Notes: a model not told the origin generated them from the letters alone. Positions 36,635-47,548 are shown, counted from the stretch's first letter. The stretch is 64,000 nucleotides of DNA from Candidatus Moranbacteria bacterium GW2011_GWE2_35_2- (GCA_000990585.1 LBQD01000003.1:79504-143503), one strand, 5' to 3'. Translations and numbers: made by a program.

Positions 36635-37110
36635 TATTCATCTTCCACGATAGCAGGCACATTAGATATTTTTTCAGGATTTCTGGGGTTCATCATTGAG
36701 AATATGATGATTTCTTTTGTACAGAAATTTTCTCCCGAATCATATCCAACGCGCAACCCGAAGGATTTTCTCGGCCCGATTGCATCGTGCACCTCTTTGG
36801 TGTCGATGACTATCAAATACTTGTCTGCCGATCCATCATTTTCTTCAAAAACTGATATCCCTCGGGTGAAGAATTTCCCCGGTTGATCCTCTGTCTCCCA
36901 TAGAGCAACAGGATTTGCCGCTCCGCTGAGTTCCATCCCAATTTTTATAATAGCAGGATTTTCTCCCTCGCGGAGGGGAATGACCTGGAGTTTTGTAATC
37001 CTGATTTCTTCGGTTATTATTATCACAGAAGAGTTCGGAATTTTTGCACTGGCATTAATTGCCAGCAATAACGAACAGAAAAAACAAACAGCAATGATTA
37101 GTTGTTTCAT
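36589..37110 (-). CDS. hypothetical secreted protein
   Basis: Cleavable signal peptide MKQLIIAVCFFCSLLLAINASA. Confidence 0.4.
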   Translation of the reverse strand: MKQLIIAVCFFCSLLLAINASAKIPNSSVIIITEEIRITKLQVIPLREGENPAIIKIGMELSGAANPVALWETEDQPGKFFTRGISVFEENDGSADKYLIVIDTKEVHDAIGPRKSFGLRVGYDSGENFCTKEIIIFSMMNPRNPEKISNVPAIVEDEYCYLPKKNMEVKWQP

Positions 37111-37395
37111 TTTTTATTCCTTAAATGTATATTGTTAAAAAACTGTAAAAAATACCAGCCAACTCGGTATTTTTTTGTTATTATTTCTCCCTAGTATATG
37201 CCAAAACTTCAATCACATCAAATTGCTGATATAATTATCAACGATAGCATATTTTGGGAAAAAAGTCAAGATTTTTGCATGGATGGTGATAGTTTATTTT
37301 TTGATGTATAAAAAAGAACCGCACCCTTGTTTTTTTCTCGGTTGAGAATTGGGGAGCGGTTGGTCTTGTGAGTGGGACTTGGAATAACGCGATGG

Positions 37396-37875
37396 TTATT
37401 TAATCCCTGCGTATCCGTGAAATAACTCGCAAATATCAGGTGGGAGTTCAGAGATGTAAGGCAAGCATTTTTTTTGAAAAACATCATATCCGGCCGAAGA
37501 ACGATGTACGAAGTAAGATCCATCCTCGTTATAATGCATTGTCCTGATTATTCCTTCAGTTCCATTTGGGGAAATGATGATGATTTGTTCGACGTCATTT
37601 CCATTGAAGCCGCGGTCAGTGGCTTCAATTTTGATTCCCTTGTTGTCTTGTCGGGTGTAGATTCGGCATTCGATGCCTGTTGCTACACTTAAGGAATAAG
37701 ATTTTTTCCAGTAAGCGTTGCTGTCATCTTCTATTTTCTCCCAGGTTATTTCTTTAGCGGTAAGTGGCATTGCCGAAAAGAAGAAGATTGCGAAAAAAAT
37801 AGCGACGACAAAAACCAAGCTTGTTTTTTTTGCGGACATTTTTGAGCCTCCATTTGTTAAGTTACGGCAACTCAA
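37396..37875 (-). CDS. hypothetical secreted protein
   Basis: Internal start MSAKKTSLVFVVAIFFAIFFFSA is a signal anchor. Confidence 0.35.
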   Translation of the reverse strand: MSCRNLTNGGSKMSAKKTSLVFVVAIFFAIFFFSAMPLTAKEITWEKIEDDSNAYWKKSYSLSVATGIECRIYTRQDNKGIKIEATDRGFNGNDVEQIIIISPNGTEGIIRTMHYNEDGSYFVHRSSAGYDVFQKKCLPYISELPPDICELFHGYAGIK

Positions 37876-38017
37876 CTACATAGGACTTCTTATAATTTAA
37901 TAGTATATTATTTTTTCAAAGAAAAAGCAATGCTCCTAAAAAAACATTCACGCATAAAAAAGGCCGCCTTTCGCACGATGTGCTAGGGCGACTTTTTAGA
38001 TGTCGATGATGTGACAT

Positions 38018-38386
38018 CTATTCGGTAGGGAGGGGTTTTTCGGCAAATTTTCTGATGACAGGCGCTAAGTCAATCCTTTGAGGTGTTGGCCTTAGGACCA
38101 TACGGTCTTCATCAAAACGATACCCATTTTCTTCCCCGGTTTCATAAGTTTTTACCAGTTGGAAAATGGGAGTCTCGAAAATTACCAATTCACAACTCAT
38201 CATGTTCCCATACCCTATGCATATAATTTTATCTTCAACCTCTTTTTCTATTTTAGCCTGTTCCTCCTTAGTCAGAGGAGGAGTATTGGTAATGCGTGAT
38301 GATGTGTATACTGCAACAATGATCAACGCTACAAACAACGCCACATTTTTCGATTTTGTCAACCGCACAATCAAAAAACAGCTCAT
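38018..38386 (-). CDS. hypothetical membrane-anchored protein
   Basis: 122 aa with an N-terminal TM. Confidence 0.3.
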   Translation of the reverse strand: MSCFLIVRLTKSKNVALFVALIIVAVYTSSRITNTPPLTKEEQAKIEKEVEDKIICIGYGNMMSCELVIFETPIFQLVKTYETGEENGYRFDEDRMVLRPTPQRIDLAPVIRKFAEKPLPTE

Positions 38387-38410
38387 TTTAGCTGTTTTTT
38401 CTTTTCAATG

Positions 38411-38482
38411 TTGGGGCGGTAGGATTCGAACCTACGCGTGGGGGCTTCAAAGGCCCCTGCCTTACCGCTTGGCTACGCCCCA
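38411..38482 (-). tRNA. tRNA-Gln (anticodon UUG)
   Basis: Reverse complement UGGGGCGUAGCCAAGCGGUAAGGCAGGGGCCUUUGAAGCCCC...GGUUCGAAUCC...CGCCCCAA. Cloverleaf with anticodon loop CUUUGAA and a Gln-type D-loop. No encoded CCA. Confidence 0.85.
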
Positions 38483-38589
38483 AAATAATTTTTTAACTTT
38501 CCTTTTAAAAATTCTCTTCCATATCCTGTTTTATAAAACATTTCCATATCTCTGGCATCTTTTTCATTTACGTGTCCCCAAAATATACT

Positions 38590-40245
38590 TTATTGCTCTT
38601 CCACGATCTTTCCGCCGAACATTTGAGCGGCGTCTTGAAGGAGGGAGGCAGTTTCGCTGAGCTTGGATGCTTGTTGTGAATATTGGGAAGCGCTGATTTT
38701 TTTGCTTATTTTTACTCCCGCTTCTTCTTCGGTGGCAATGTTGATTTTACAGTCAACCTCTAAGATTTTATCGAAAATTTGCTTGATTGTCAATCTATTT
38801 TGCGGTTCATTGAATTTTTCTTTATAGAAAGAAAAAGCGGTGGCAATAGTAATAACATTTCCTTCGGTTTTGACTGCTTCGCAATTAGAAAGAAACGCCG
38901 CCAAAGAATGATTAGTCGGGCGAATTTGGGAAAGAAATTTATTCCAAACTGTCTTTACTTCACTCAAATCAATATCTTTTTTTAGGTATGCGGTTTTTTC
39001 TTTTGATTTTTTTGCAGTGTTTTGAATATTATTTTCCGGAGCGATTTTAACTTCCGCGACTTTTTCTTGAATTTTTTTCGAGAGAATATTTTCCTTGTTT
39101 TGTTTTTCTGACTTATTTGAAGTAGGGTGGTCGGGGGCAGTTTCTGGAATATTTTTTTTATCGGCAATTTTAACCATTGCGATTTCCAGTGGAAGTTGAG
39201 GCAGGAACGATGATTTTATTTTATTTTGCGCTTCTGCGAGAATTTCAATCGCGAAAATAATGTTTTCCAAAGATGTTTCTTTGACAAGTGAGGTTATTGA
39301 TTTAAATTGTTCCGCGGTGAAATTTTTGGAAATTTCTGACATTTCGGGATTAATGCAAAGAAGCATAGTTTGGCGTAAATAATTCAAGAGAGCTTTTCCG
39401 AAAACTTCTAAATCAGCTCCGTTTTTAACAAGCTCGTTCAATAATAAAAGTGATTCGGATGTTCGTCCTTGGAGTAACAGATTTGCCATTTTTTCCGTTT
39501 CATTGCGGGAAGTTGTTCCGAGAATTTCTTGGACTTCCGCGGAGGTAATATTTTTATCTTCCAAGGAAATGATTTGCGCTAAAAGCGATTCAGCATCGCG
39601 CATTCCTCCTTCGGCGGCAAGAGCGATCATTTCCAATGCTTCTTTTTCAATTTTAACTTTTTCACTTTTAGCAATAGAAGAAAGTTTTTGAATTATATTA
39701 TTCATCGAAAGGCGAGAAAAATCAAAACGTTGACAGCGAGAAAGAATAGTTTCCGGTACTTTATGGATTTCGGTAGTTGCCAGAATAAAAATTGCGTGAG
39801 CAGGAGGTTCTTCTAGTGTCTTAAGTAAGGCATTGAATGCTCCAGAAGAAAGCATGTGCACTTCGTCGATGATATATATTTTGTATTTTCCGATAGCTGG
39901 TGAGAGCTTGACGGTTTCGCGCAATTCGCGGATATTTTCCACACCAGTGTTGGAAGCGGCGTCAATTTCGATAATGTCCATTGATTTTCCTGTGGATATG
40001 AGTTGGCAGGATTGGCATTTTTCGCAAGGTTCGTATTTGTTTCGATCTATACAACTGATAGCTTTGGCAAAGATACGTGCTAAGGTTGTTTTTCCCGTTC
40101 CGCGTGGTCCGGTAAAAAGATAGGCGTGTCCGATGCGACTACGAACAATGGCGCCGGAAAGTGTTTTGACAATGTGTTGTTGCCCGATAATATCGGAAAA
40201 TTTCTGCGGTCGGTATTTCCGGTATAATGTAGTTGAATTATTCAT
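38590..40245 (-). CDS. dnaX: DNA polymerase III subunit gamma/tau
   Basis: GPRGTGKTT Walker A, zinc module CEKCQSCQ, and a SRC-box region. Confidence 0.9.
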   Translation of the reverse strand: MNNSTTLYRKYRPQKFSDIIGQQHIVKTLSGAIVRSRIGHAYLFTGPRGTGKTTLARIFAKAISCIDRNKYEPCEKCQSCQLISTGKSMDIIEIDAASNTGVENIRELRETVKLSPAIGKYKIYIIDEVHMLSSGAFNALLKTLEEPPAHAIFILATTEIHKVPETILSRCQRFDFSRLSMNNIIQKLSSIAKSEKVKIEKEALEMIALAAEGGMRDAESLLAQIISLEDKNITSAEVQEILGTTSRNETEKMANLLLQGRTSESLLLLNELVKNGADLEVFGKALLNYLRQTMLLCINPEMSEISKNFTAEQFKSITSLVKETSLENIIFAIEILAEAQNKIKSSFLPQLPLEIAMVKIADKKNIPETAPDHPTSNKSEKQNKENILSKKIQEKVAEVKIAPENNIQNTAKKSKEKTAYLKKDIDLSEVKTVWNKFLSQIRPTNHSLAAFLSNCEAVKTEGNVITIATAFSFYKEKFNEPQNRLTIKQIFDKILEVDCKINIATEEEAGVKISKKISASQYSQQASKLSETASLLQDAAQMFGGKIVEEQ

Positions 40246-40267
40246 ATATTATGATAATAGCATTTTT

Positions 40268-40304
40268 TGATTAAAAATAAAAATCCCCGCTTTGTGGAGC
40301 GGGG
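40268..40304 (-). terminator. rho-independent terminator (minus strand) after the GtrA-like gene
   Basis: CCCCGC-TTTGTGGA-GCGGGG with an A-run on the plus strand (a T-run on minus). Confidence 0.55.
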
Positions 40305-40322
40305 AGGTGGGGTATTTAGTTG

Positions 40323-40781
40323 TTATTTTTTGAAAACCCAGAATTTATAGCCGATGAAGTTCCAGAATAGTCCGACAGCGGTTCCGGCAAGACCGCCTAT
40401 GCTTACCCAAAGTTGATCGGTAAGGAATTTCAAATTGACAAATTCATTAATTGGTTCCTTAAGGTATGTTACTGTTATGGTTGCGACTGAAACATTAATT
40501 AACATTCCAATTATACTCACAAATATAAATTGAGAAAACTTTCTTCCTTCGTCTTTCTTGGATTTATCTTGGAATGTCCAATGTTTATTCAAAAAATAGC
40601 TGAAAGTCACTGCTACTAAAAATGAAACTCCTTTTTGGATTCCGTAGCCGGCCCCGTCTTTTATTCCTGTGGTCATTGTTTCTATATTAAGCACTACCAA
40701 ATCCACTCCTGTATTCATTACACCGATAACGGCGAATCGTAGAAATTGACTAAGTGACCTTTTTGTTTCTTTTGTATCCAT
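40323..40781 (-). CDS. GtrA-family membrane protein
   Basis: RFAVIGVMNTGVDLVVLN motif. 4 TM helices. About 150 aa. Confidence 0.65.
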   Translation of the reverse strand: MDTKETKRSLSQFLRFAVIGVMNTGVDLVVLNIETMTTGIKDGAGYGIQKGVSFLVAVTFSYFLNKHWTFQDKSKKDEGRKFSQFIFVSIIGMLINVSVATITVTYLKEPINEFVNLKFLTDQLWVSIGGLAGTAVGLFWNFIGYKFWVFKK

Positions 40782-40813
40782 TTTTTAGGTAAGTATTTTA
40801 TTTTATTATTTTT

Positions 40814-41584
40814 TCAATTTCCGGCTTTTTCTTTTTCAATTTCTTTTTTTATTTCTTCAATATCAAGCGCCCAGTCGTCCATATCGCTATTAGAATGGTT
40901 ATCTTCTAATGCGTCTTTTTCTTCCGGTTGCGATTCGTTATTTTCCTGAACTTCAATATGTTCATTGTCGGAATGATTATTTTCAAGCTGTTGAATCGGG
41001 GGAATGCTGTGAGTAGTTCCTTTTTGCAGAACATTTTCAATTGCTGCCCATTCACTGTTGATGTTTTTCGGGACAACAATAACAACTTCGTCTCCCGGTT
41101 CAATTTTAAAATAGGTAATGGAAGCCAACAGAATGCGATAAGGTTTTCCTTCGGCAATGACAAAATAATTTTCATTTTCGTCTTGTCCGATAATGCCGAT
41201 AATATTTTTTCTTTCGGCTGGACCGATTTGTTTGTAGATAAAAGATCCATTGGAAGAAATTGTGAGCTTGAGCATATCTCCTTCAACGAGTTTTGATTTC
41301 GACGCATAATTTGCCGGAACCGGATATTGTTTTCCGTCCGTTCCTACCATTATTTGACCGTCAAATGTTCCTTGGATTATGTTTGATTCCGCATATTCTT
41401 CGTCGACTTTTCTTCTTCGTCCCGCTTTCTTTTTTCCTTCCAAATTCAAAAGCATGGCTTTGGCGCTTTGAATGGTTTTCTCGGCGCTATTGATTGTGTC
41501 GCGCAATGCCTCAATTTGACGTATTTTATTTTCTTCAGTCATATCAATAGCCGAAGCTTTTGTTTTTTTGTTTTCTTTTTTCAT
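40814..41584 (-). CDS. hypothetical protein with acidic C-terminus
   Basis: 256-aa ORF with no recognised motifs. Confidence 0.4.
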   Translation of the reverse strand: MKKENKKTKASAIDMTEENKIRQIEALRDTINSAEKTIQSAKAMLLNLEGKKKAGRRRKVDEEYAESNIIQGTFDGQIMVGTDGKQYPVPANYASKSKLVEGDMLKLTISSNGSFIYKQIGPAERKNIIGIIGQDENENYFVIAEGKPYRILLASITYFKIEPGDEVVIVVPKNINSEWAAIENVLQKGTTHSIPPIQQLENNHSDNEHIEVQENNESQPEEKDALEDNHSNSDMDDWALDIEEIKKEIEKEKAGN

Positions 41585-42013
41585 TTTTATTTTTAAAATT
41601 GGACAAATCCAAAAAGAAAAATTCCCCCCAAGATTTGCAATTTTTATTGTTAATAAAATTATATAGTGTTTTTAAAAATATGGCAACTTTATTTTAAATA
41701 TTTATCAAAAATGTGCTATTATTATATTGTATATTACGCAGAAGTGAAAAAAGATATTTTGCAGATGGTGGAATAATCGCTTGGTTTGATGATAATAAAT
41801 AATATTTTGTGCGTTGCGTTTTCAGGTGGCACTTATTTTGATAGGTTATCAGGGGAAATACAAAAAAATCAAAAAATTCCTCAAATAAAGAAATAATATT
41901 GAAAAAATCATCAAGAAAAATAAACAAAATTTTTAGATAAATATCGTTAGATTTAGGTAAATTATTGTAGATTGTTCAAGATAAAAATTTAATTTTTTTA
42001 AGCGAATATTTTT

Positions 42014-42274
42014 ATGCAAATGATTAACGTTATCAATATTAAATGTGGAGGGTGCGAGGCGGGAATTAGGAGTGTGTTGGAAAAAGAAGGGTTTACGAAT
42101 GTGATAGTCAGCGTGCAAAATCAGACGGTTTCTTTTGAAAATGGCGATATGGAAAAAGCCAAACAGATACTTTCTAAAATGGGTTATCCGCAGGTATCGA
42201 GCAAAGAAGCGAAAAGTTTGACAAAAAAAGCCAAATCATATCTATCTTGTGTAATCGGAAAAATGAAGAGATAA
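42014..42274 (+). CDS. heavy-metal-associated (HMA) domain protein, CopZ-like
   Basis: IKCGGCEAGIRSVLEKEGFTNVIVSV, a CxxC metal-binding ferredoxin-like fold. Confidence 0.55.
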   Translation: MQMINVINIKCGGCEAGIRSVLEKEGFTNVIVSVQNQTVSFENGDMEKAKQILSKMGYPQVSSKEAKSLTKKAKSYLSCVIGKMKR

Positions 42275-42342
42275 AAATTTTATCTGTGGATAACTTGAAA
42301 AAACCTCTCATTTGGGCGGTTTTTTTTGTTGGTGAAAATGTG

Positions 42343-42371
42343 TTGACGGCTGGATGGTGGTGGAGTAAAAT
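42343..42371 (+). promoter_or_regulatory. promoter upstream of mraZ (first of two tandem TTGAC elements)
   Basis: TTGACG, 17 bp, TAAAAT. A second TTGACA lies at 42383. Confidence 0.45.
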
Positions 42372-42439
42372 AGAGGTAAGTGTTGACAGGTGGAATTAAG
42401 TGGTGAATTTAGTTTGCGATAATTCCTAATTCCTAAAAT

Positions 42440-42874
42440 ATGTTTATTGGAGAATACCAGCATTCAATAGATCCGAAAAAAAGGTTGGCAGTGCCTTCTA
42501 AGTTTCGCGGTGAATTGGGAAACAAAATTGTGGTAACTCGCGGGCTGGACAGATGTTTATTTGTGTATCCGATGAAAGTTTGGGAAGAGATTGCCGGAAA
42601 ATTAGGAAGCCTCCCAATGGGAGAATCGGCAACTCGAAGTTTTGTTCGTTTGATGCTTGCCGGAGCGATTGATGTGGAAATTGACAAACAAGGAAGAGTT
42701 CTGATTCCTGATTATTTGAAAGATTATGCCGGACTAGGAAAAAATGTGGTTATTGCGGGACTATTCAATCGATTAGAAGTTTGGGCGGAAAAAAATTGGA
42801 ACCAGTACAAAACCAAAGCGGAAAAAAATACCGATGAAATAGCGGAGCAACTCGGGAAGCTGGGAATCTATTAG
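42440..42874 (+). CDS. mraZ: transcriptional regulator MraZ
   Basis: Duplicated DxxxR motifs. Typical MraZ N-terminus MFIGEYQHSIDPKKRLAVP. Confidence 0.9.
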   Translation: MFIGEYQHSIDPKKRLAVPSKFRGELGNKIVVTRGLDRCLFVYPMKVWEEIAGKLGSLPMGESATRSFVRLMLAGAIDVEIDKQGRVLIPDYLKDYAGLGKNVVIAGLFNRLEVWAEKNWNQYKTKAEKNTDEIAEQLGKLGIY

Positions 42875-42987
42875 GATTAATTATCAATTTTAAATTTTCA
42901 AACAATTTTCAATAACTCAATGAATTAATTTTAAAATTAAAAAATTAGATATTGTTTGAAAATTTAAAATTTGAAATTAGAAATTTA

Positions 42988-43968
42988 ATGCAAAGTATTC
43001 ACAAAACGGTTTTACTAAGGGAAGCGATAGAAAATTTACAATTAAAAAGAGGAATGGTGGTTGTGGATGCGACTTTGGGCGGGGGCGGACATTCTCGCGA
43101 AATTATAGATAAAATTGGAGAAGCAGGAATTTTTGTAGGTTTTGATAGAGATATTAGTGCCTTGGAAAAGTTTGCGGAATTTCCAATTTATAATTTCCAA
43201 TTTCCAAATGATTCGCAAATACCGATATTTAAGAAAGATAATATTTATTTGGTTAGTTGCAATTTTTCAGAGATAAAGAAGGTTTTAGAAATTTTAAATT
43301 TTAAAGAAGTTGATGCAATTTTAGCGGATTTTGGACTATCATCCGATCAATTGGATGATGCCGATAGGGGATTCGGTTTTATGTCTGATGGACCGCTTGA
43401 TATGCGGATGAATAAAATTGATACGAGTCAAAAAACAGCGGCGGATGTGGTGAACAATTATTCCGAGCACGCTCTGAAGCGAATAATAAAAGAATATGGT
43501 CAGGAAAATTATTCCGGCAGTATTGCCAGGAAAATTGTTAAAACTCGCGCGGAAAAAAAAATCGAAACAACAGGAGAATTGGTGAATGTGATTGCAGGAT
43601 CGGTTCCGGGAAAATATCGTCATAGAAAAATTCATTTTGCAACCAGAACGTTTCAAGCGCTCAGGATAGAAGTGAATAATGAATTGGAAAGTATCGAGAA
43701 ATTTTTACAAGATTCAATAGATATTTTGAAAAAAGACGGAAAATTGACAGTGATTTCTTTTCATTCGGGAGAGGATCGGATTGCAAAAAATATTTTTCGG
43801 GAAAATGCAAGGGGATGCATTTGTCCGAAAGAATTTCCAGTTTGTCGTTGTGGAAACGAGCCACAAATAGAAATAATCACGCGCAAGCCGATTGTTCCAT
43901 CGGAAGAAGAAATTAATAAAAATCCGCGTTCAAGGAGCGCTAAACTCCGAGTAATAAAGAAAATATAA
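42988..43968 (+). CDS. rsmH: 16S rRNA (cytosine1402-N4)-methyltransferase
   Basis: HKTVLLREAIENL...VDATLGGGGHS motif. Start placed at the ATG at 42988. Confidence 0.9.
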   Translation: MQSIHKTVLLREAIENLQLKRGMVVVDATLGGGGHSREIIDKIGEAGIFVGFDRDISALEKFAEFPIYNFQFPNDSQIPIFKKDNIYLVSCNFSEIKKVLEILNFKEVDAILADFGLSSDQLDDADRGFGFMSDGPLDMRMNKIDTSQKTAADVVNNYSEHALKRIIKEYGQENYSGSIARKIVKTRAEKKIETTGELVNVIAGSVPGKYRHRKIHFATRTFQALRIEVNNELESIEKFLQDSIDILKKDGKLTVISFHSGEDRIAKNIFRENARGCICPKEFPVCRCGNEPQIEIITRKPIVPSEEEINKNPRSRSAKLRVIKKI

Positions 43969-44122
43969 TAAAAATATTCTTTGGGGGGATACAAAGAATA
44001 TGAGAAACAAAAACAAAAAAATTATCAATGGAGGCGGTTATTGTTATTTCAAACAGCCTGCTTTTGCGCGTTCTGAAAATGTTTCCGCTGTAAAAATAAG
44101 ATATAATTGCGGATTCATTAAT

Positions 44123-44389
44123 ATGAAGGTAATACTGGTTGTTTTGTTTGCATTTATGGGTGGCGCGTATCTTTATTTTGTCAATGGAAGCGCTATTAAA
44201 GGTTATCAAATAAAATCAATCGAAAAAGAAATAAATGCATTGAAGAAGGAAAATGAGAAACTGAAAATTGATGAAGCCGAATTGAATTCCTTGCAACATA
44301 TTGAAGAAGCAAGTAAGAATTTTATCAATATGGCACAATCAGATCAAATAGTATATATCAAAGAAGATGGACCAATGGCATTGAGATGA
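44123..44389 (+). CDS. FtsL-like cell division protein
   Basis: Single TM, then coiled coil (EKEINALKKENEKLKIDEAEL), between rsmH and ftsI. Start is ambiguous: the ORF is open from 44000. Confidence 0.45.
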   Translation: MKVILVVLFAFMGGAYLYFVNGSAIKGYQIKSIEKEINALKKENEKLKIDEAELNSLQHIEEASKNFINMAQSDQIVYIKEDGPMALR

Positions 44390-46179
44390 AATTCTTAGGA
44401 TGTAAGACAAGGAATGAGCTTATGAGCGGAAGAATGGTAAAAAAAACTGCAAACAAATATTGTTCTTCGGAAAACTGGAGAATTCATTTTTTGGCGTTGT
44501 TGATTTTTTTGATTTCAGGCATAGTAATTACGCGCTTATACTGTCTTCAAGTTTTGGCGTATGAAAACTATGTGGAAATTGCGCGCGACCAGCATCAAGT
44601 GTTCAAAGAATTGATGCCTAGTCGGGGAAGTATTTTTTTGCGGGATAAAAATGGAGGAAAATATCCGTTGGCAATAAATAAAAATTACCCTATGGTATAT
44701 GCCGTACCTAGGGAGATAGGCGATCATGAAAAAGTTGTCTATGCTTTGTCTTCGATTCTTGGAATGAGCGAGGATGACATTAGAAAAAAAATTTCTAATC
44801 CTGATGACGTATTTGAAATCATAAAGCATCGACTTTCCGATGAAGAATCATTGAAAATAAAACAACTCGATGATTTAGGAATAAAACTCGTTGATGAGAG
44901 TTTTAGATATTATGTTGGAGGAGAGTTGGCATCGCAGGTGGTTGGATTTTTTGGAAGCGACGGTGAAAAATTCAGAGGCAGATATGGAGTGGAAGCTTGG
45001 TGGGAGGATAGTCTCAGAGGAGAACCCGGGTCACTTAGTCAGGAAAGAGACGCCGCCGGAAGATGGATATCGATTGCTGATCGACAATTGAATCCAGCCA
45101 AGCAAGGAGTGGATCTTGTTCTTACGATGGATTATGCGGTGCAATATGAGGTGGAAAAAATATTACGAGAAGCGATGGAAAAGCATGGAGCGGATGATGG
45201 CGCGGTTTTAGTAATGCAACCCAAAACGGGAAAAATTTTAGCGATGGCGGGATGGCCGACTTTTAACCCAAATGAGTATTCAAACGTAGAAGATATGTCG
45301 ACATTTTTGAATCCGTCCATAAGTATTCCTTATGAGCCGGGCTCTATTTTCAAGCCGGTGACTATGGCAATTGGTATTGATGATGGAAAGATTGAGCCGG
45401 ATACGGAATATGTGGATAATGGTTTTGTGAAAGAGGCGGGTTATACTATTAAAAATTCTGAGGATAAGGTATATGGGAAACAAACGATGACACAAGTCTT
45501 GGAAGAGTCAATTAATACAGGGGTAATTTTTGTGGAAAAATCAGTGGGCAATAAAAATTTTTCCCAATATGTGAGTCGCTTTGGTTTTGGCGAGAAGAGT
45601 GGAATAGACTTGCCGGGAGAATCTGCTGGAAATATAAGTAATCTTAAGGCTATTAACCGGGATATACAGTTTTTTACTGCGTCATTCGGACAAGGAATAA
45701 CCGCAACTCCATTACAAATGGCAAATGCTTTCTCGGTGATTGCCAATGGTGGGGTTTTGATGAAACCGCAAATTATTGATAAGATAGTTTATACGGATGG
45801 AGAAGAGGATGATATTGCGCCTGTGGAGATTCGAAGGGTTATTACCGAAGAAACAGCGAAAAAGGTTTCGCAAATGTTACGTAGTGTTGTAGTGAACGGG
45901 CATGGCAAGCGGGCTGATGTCGCGGGATATTTGGTTGGAGGAAAAACTGGAACTGCTCAAGTGGCAAAAATGGATTCTAAGGGATATGAAGACGGAATGA
46001 CAATCGGATCTTTTGCCGGTTTTGCTCCGCTGGATGATCCGATGTTTACGGTTTTGGTTAAAATAACCAATCCGAAGGACGTGCAATGGGCGGAGTCCAG
46101 CGCGGCTCCGGCTTTTGGAAAAATAATGAAGTTTTTATTGGAGTATTATGATGTTAAACCGACGGAAGTCGTGGAATAA
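44386..46179 (+). CDS. ftsI: peptidoglycan D,D-transpeptidase (class B PBP, FtsI-like)
   Basis: SxxK (SIFKP), SxN (SINTG) and KTGT motifs. N-terminal TM. Confidence 0.85.
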   Translation: MKFLGCKTRNELMSGRMVKKTANKYCSSENWRIHFLALLIFLISGIVITRLYCLQVLAYENYVEIARDQHQVFKELMPSRGSIFLRDKNGGKYPLAINKNYPMVYAVPREIGDHEKVVYALSSILGMSEDDIRKKISNPDDVFEIIKHRLSDEESLKIKQLDDLGIKLVDESFRYYVGGELASQVVGFFGSDGEKFRGRYGVEAWWEDSLRGEPGSLSQERDAAGRWISIADRQLNPAKQGVDLVLTMDYAVQYEVEKILREAMEKHGADDGAVLVMQPKTGKILAMAGWPTFNPNEYSNVEDMSTFLNPSISIPYEPGSIFKPVTMAIGIDDGKIEPDTEYVDNGFVKEAGYTIKNSEDKVYGKQTMTQVLEESINTGVIFVEKSVGNKNFSQYVSRFGFGEKSGIDLPGESAGNISNLKAINRDIQFFTASFGQGITATPLQMANAFSVIANGGVLMKPQIIDKIVYTDGEEDDIAPVEIRRVITEETAKKVSQMLRSVVVNGHGKRADVAGYLVGGKTGTAQVAKMDSKGYEDGMTIGSFAGFAPLDDPMFTVLVKITNPKDVQWAESSAAPAFGKIMKFLLEYYDVKPTEVVE

Positions 46180-46225
46180 GATATGAATCAGGAAGCAGGA
46201 ATTAAGAATTAAAAATTGTTTATAT

Positions 46226-47548
46226 GTGTTTATGAAAAGTAAATCAAAGAAAATTCAAATATTAGAAAGAATATTGCGTTTTTTGGCGCGCGCGGTTATT
46301 GCTAAATATGATCCGAAAATTATTGGTATTACCGGTTCGGTGGGAAAAACTTCAGCTAAAGAAGCGATAGTTTTGGTTTTAGGATCAAAATTTCGTGTGC
46401 GAGGAAGCGAAAAAAACTATAACAATGAAATTGGAATCCCGCTTACTATTTTAGGATCTTATGGCGGTGGCGCTTCTTTTTTTGGATGGATGCGAGTTTT
46501 TGCGAAAGGAATTTTTTTACTGATTTTTCCATGGGAATATCCGGAAATTCTAGTGCTTGAAATGGCGGTTGATCGTCCGCAGGATATGGATTATTTACTT
46601 TCCTTCGTTTCGCCGAATGTAGGAGTAGTTACTAATATTTCTTCCAGTCACGGAGAATTTTTTGGTAGCCTTGAAAATATCACCAAAGAGAAGTGGAAGT
46701 TAATTGAAAGTGTGAAAAAAGAAGGCGTGGCAATTATCAATGGCGATGATGAAAATATCGTTAAAGCAAGGGATGGTTTTTCCGGCAGAGTTGTTAATTT
46801 TGGTTTTCAGGAAGGAGTAGAAGTGCAAGCGACTGATGCTAATTTTAATTATTTCGACAGAAAAATTTCTGGAATTAGTTTTAAACTCAATCATCAAGGT
46901 AAGATAATTCCTTTCAGATTGCCACATATCTTGGCGTTTCATCAAGTATATGCCATACTGGCGGCGATTTCAGTAGGGATGCAATTTAGAATAAATTTGG
47001 TTGAAATGGCTCAGTCGTTGGAAAATTTTTTTCCGCCTTGCGGAAGAATGAATTTGCTTGAGGGAAAAAATAAAAGCAATATAATTGATGACACATATAA
47101 TTCTTCTCCGACTTCCGCATTGGCGGCTTTGCGAGCTATGGCAACAGTTTTGGCGCGCAGAAAAATTGTTGTCCTGGGAGATATGTTGGAATTGGGAAAA
47201 GAATCGGAGAGGGGACATTTCGAGGTTATTGCGGAAGTTTTTTCATCTGGAGCGGAATTGTTTTTTTCGGTGGGACGAAGAATGAGAGAAGCAACACGAG
47301 ATTATTTGAGATCAGCGGGTAGAATGGATATGGATGGAAAAAAAGTTTTGTATTTTTCCGATCCGGTTTCTTGTGCAAGAGAACTGAAAAAAATTGTTGA
47401 GCAAGATGATTTGATTTTGGTCAAAGGATCGCAATCAATGAGAATGGAAAAAATTGTCGAGGAGATTATGGAAAAACAATTTGATGCGCGCGAATTATTG
47501 TGTCGCCAATCAAAAGAATGGAGAAAAAAGCCTTTTGTTGAGCCATAA
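46226..47548 (+). CDS. murF: UDP-MurNAc-pentapeptide synthetase (Mur ligase, MurF-like)
   Basis: ITGSVGKTSAKEAIVLVL P-loop resembling MurF TGSSGKTSVKEM. About 440 aa. Confidence 0.7.
   Translation: MFMKSKSKKIQILERILRFLARAVIAKYDPKIIGITGSVGKTSAKEAIVLVLGSKFRVRGSEKNYNNEIGIPLTILGSYGGGASFFGWMRVFAKGIFLLIFPWEYPEILVLEMAVDRPQDMDYLLSFVSPNVGVVTNISSSHGEFFGSLENITKEKWKLIESVKKEGVAIINGDDENIVKARDGFSGRVVNFGFQEGVEVQATDANFNYFDRKISGISFKLNHQGKIIPFRLPHILAFHQVYAILAAISVGMQFRINLVEMAQSLENFFPPCGRMNLLEGKNKSNIIDDTYNSSPTSALAALRAMATVLARRKIVVLGDMLELGKESERGHFEVIAEVFSSGAELFFSVGRRMREATRDYLRSAGRMDMDGKKVLYFSDPVSCARELKKIVEQDDLILVKGSQSMRMEKIVEEIMEKQFDARELLCRQSKEWRKKPFVEP

Noticed and set aside
41585-42013. The 430-bp very AT-rich divergent intergenic region as a replication origin.
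   Set aside because: No DnaA-box cluster was seen within it. The two perfect boxes found lie outside it and are single. It is probably a divergent promoter region.
42952-42987. The N-terminal extension of rsmH (MFENLKFEIRNL).
   Set aside because: It is derived from the AATTTAAAATTTGAAATTAGAAATTT repeat. Conserved RsmH starts at the next ATG, 42988.
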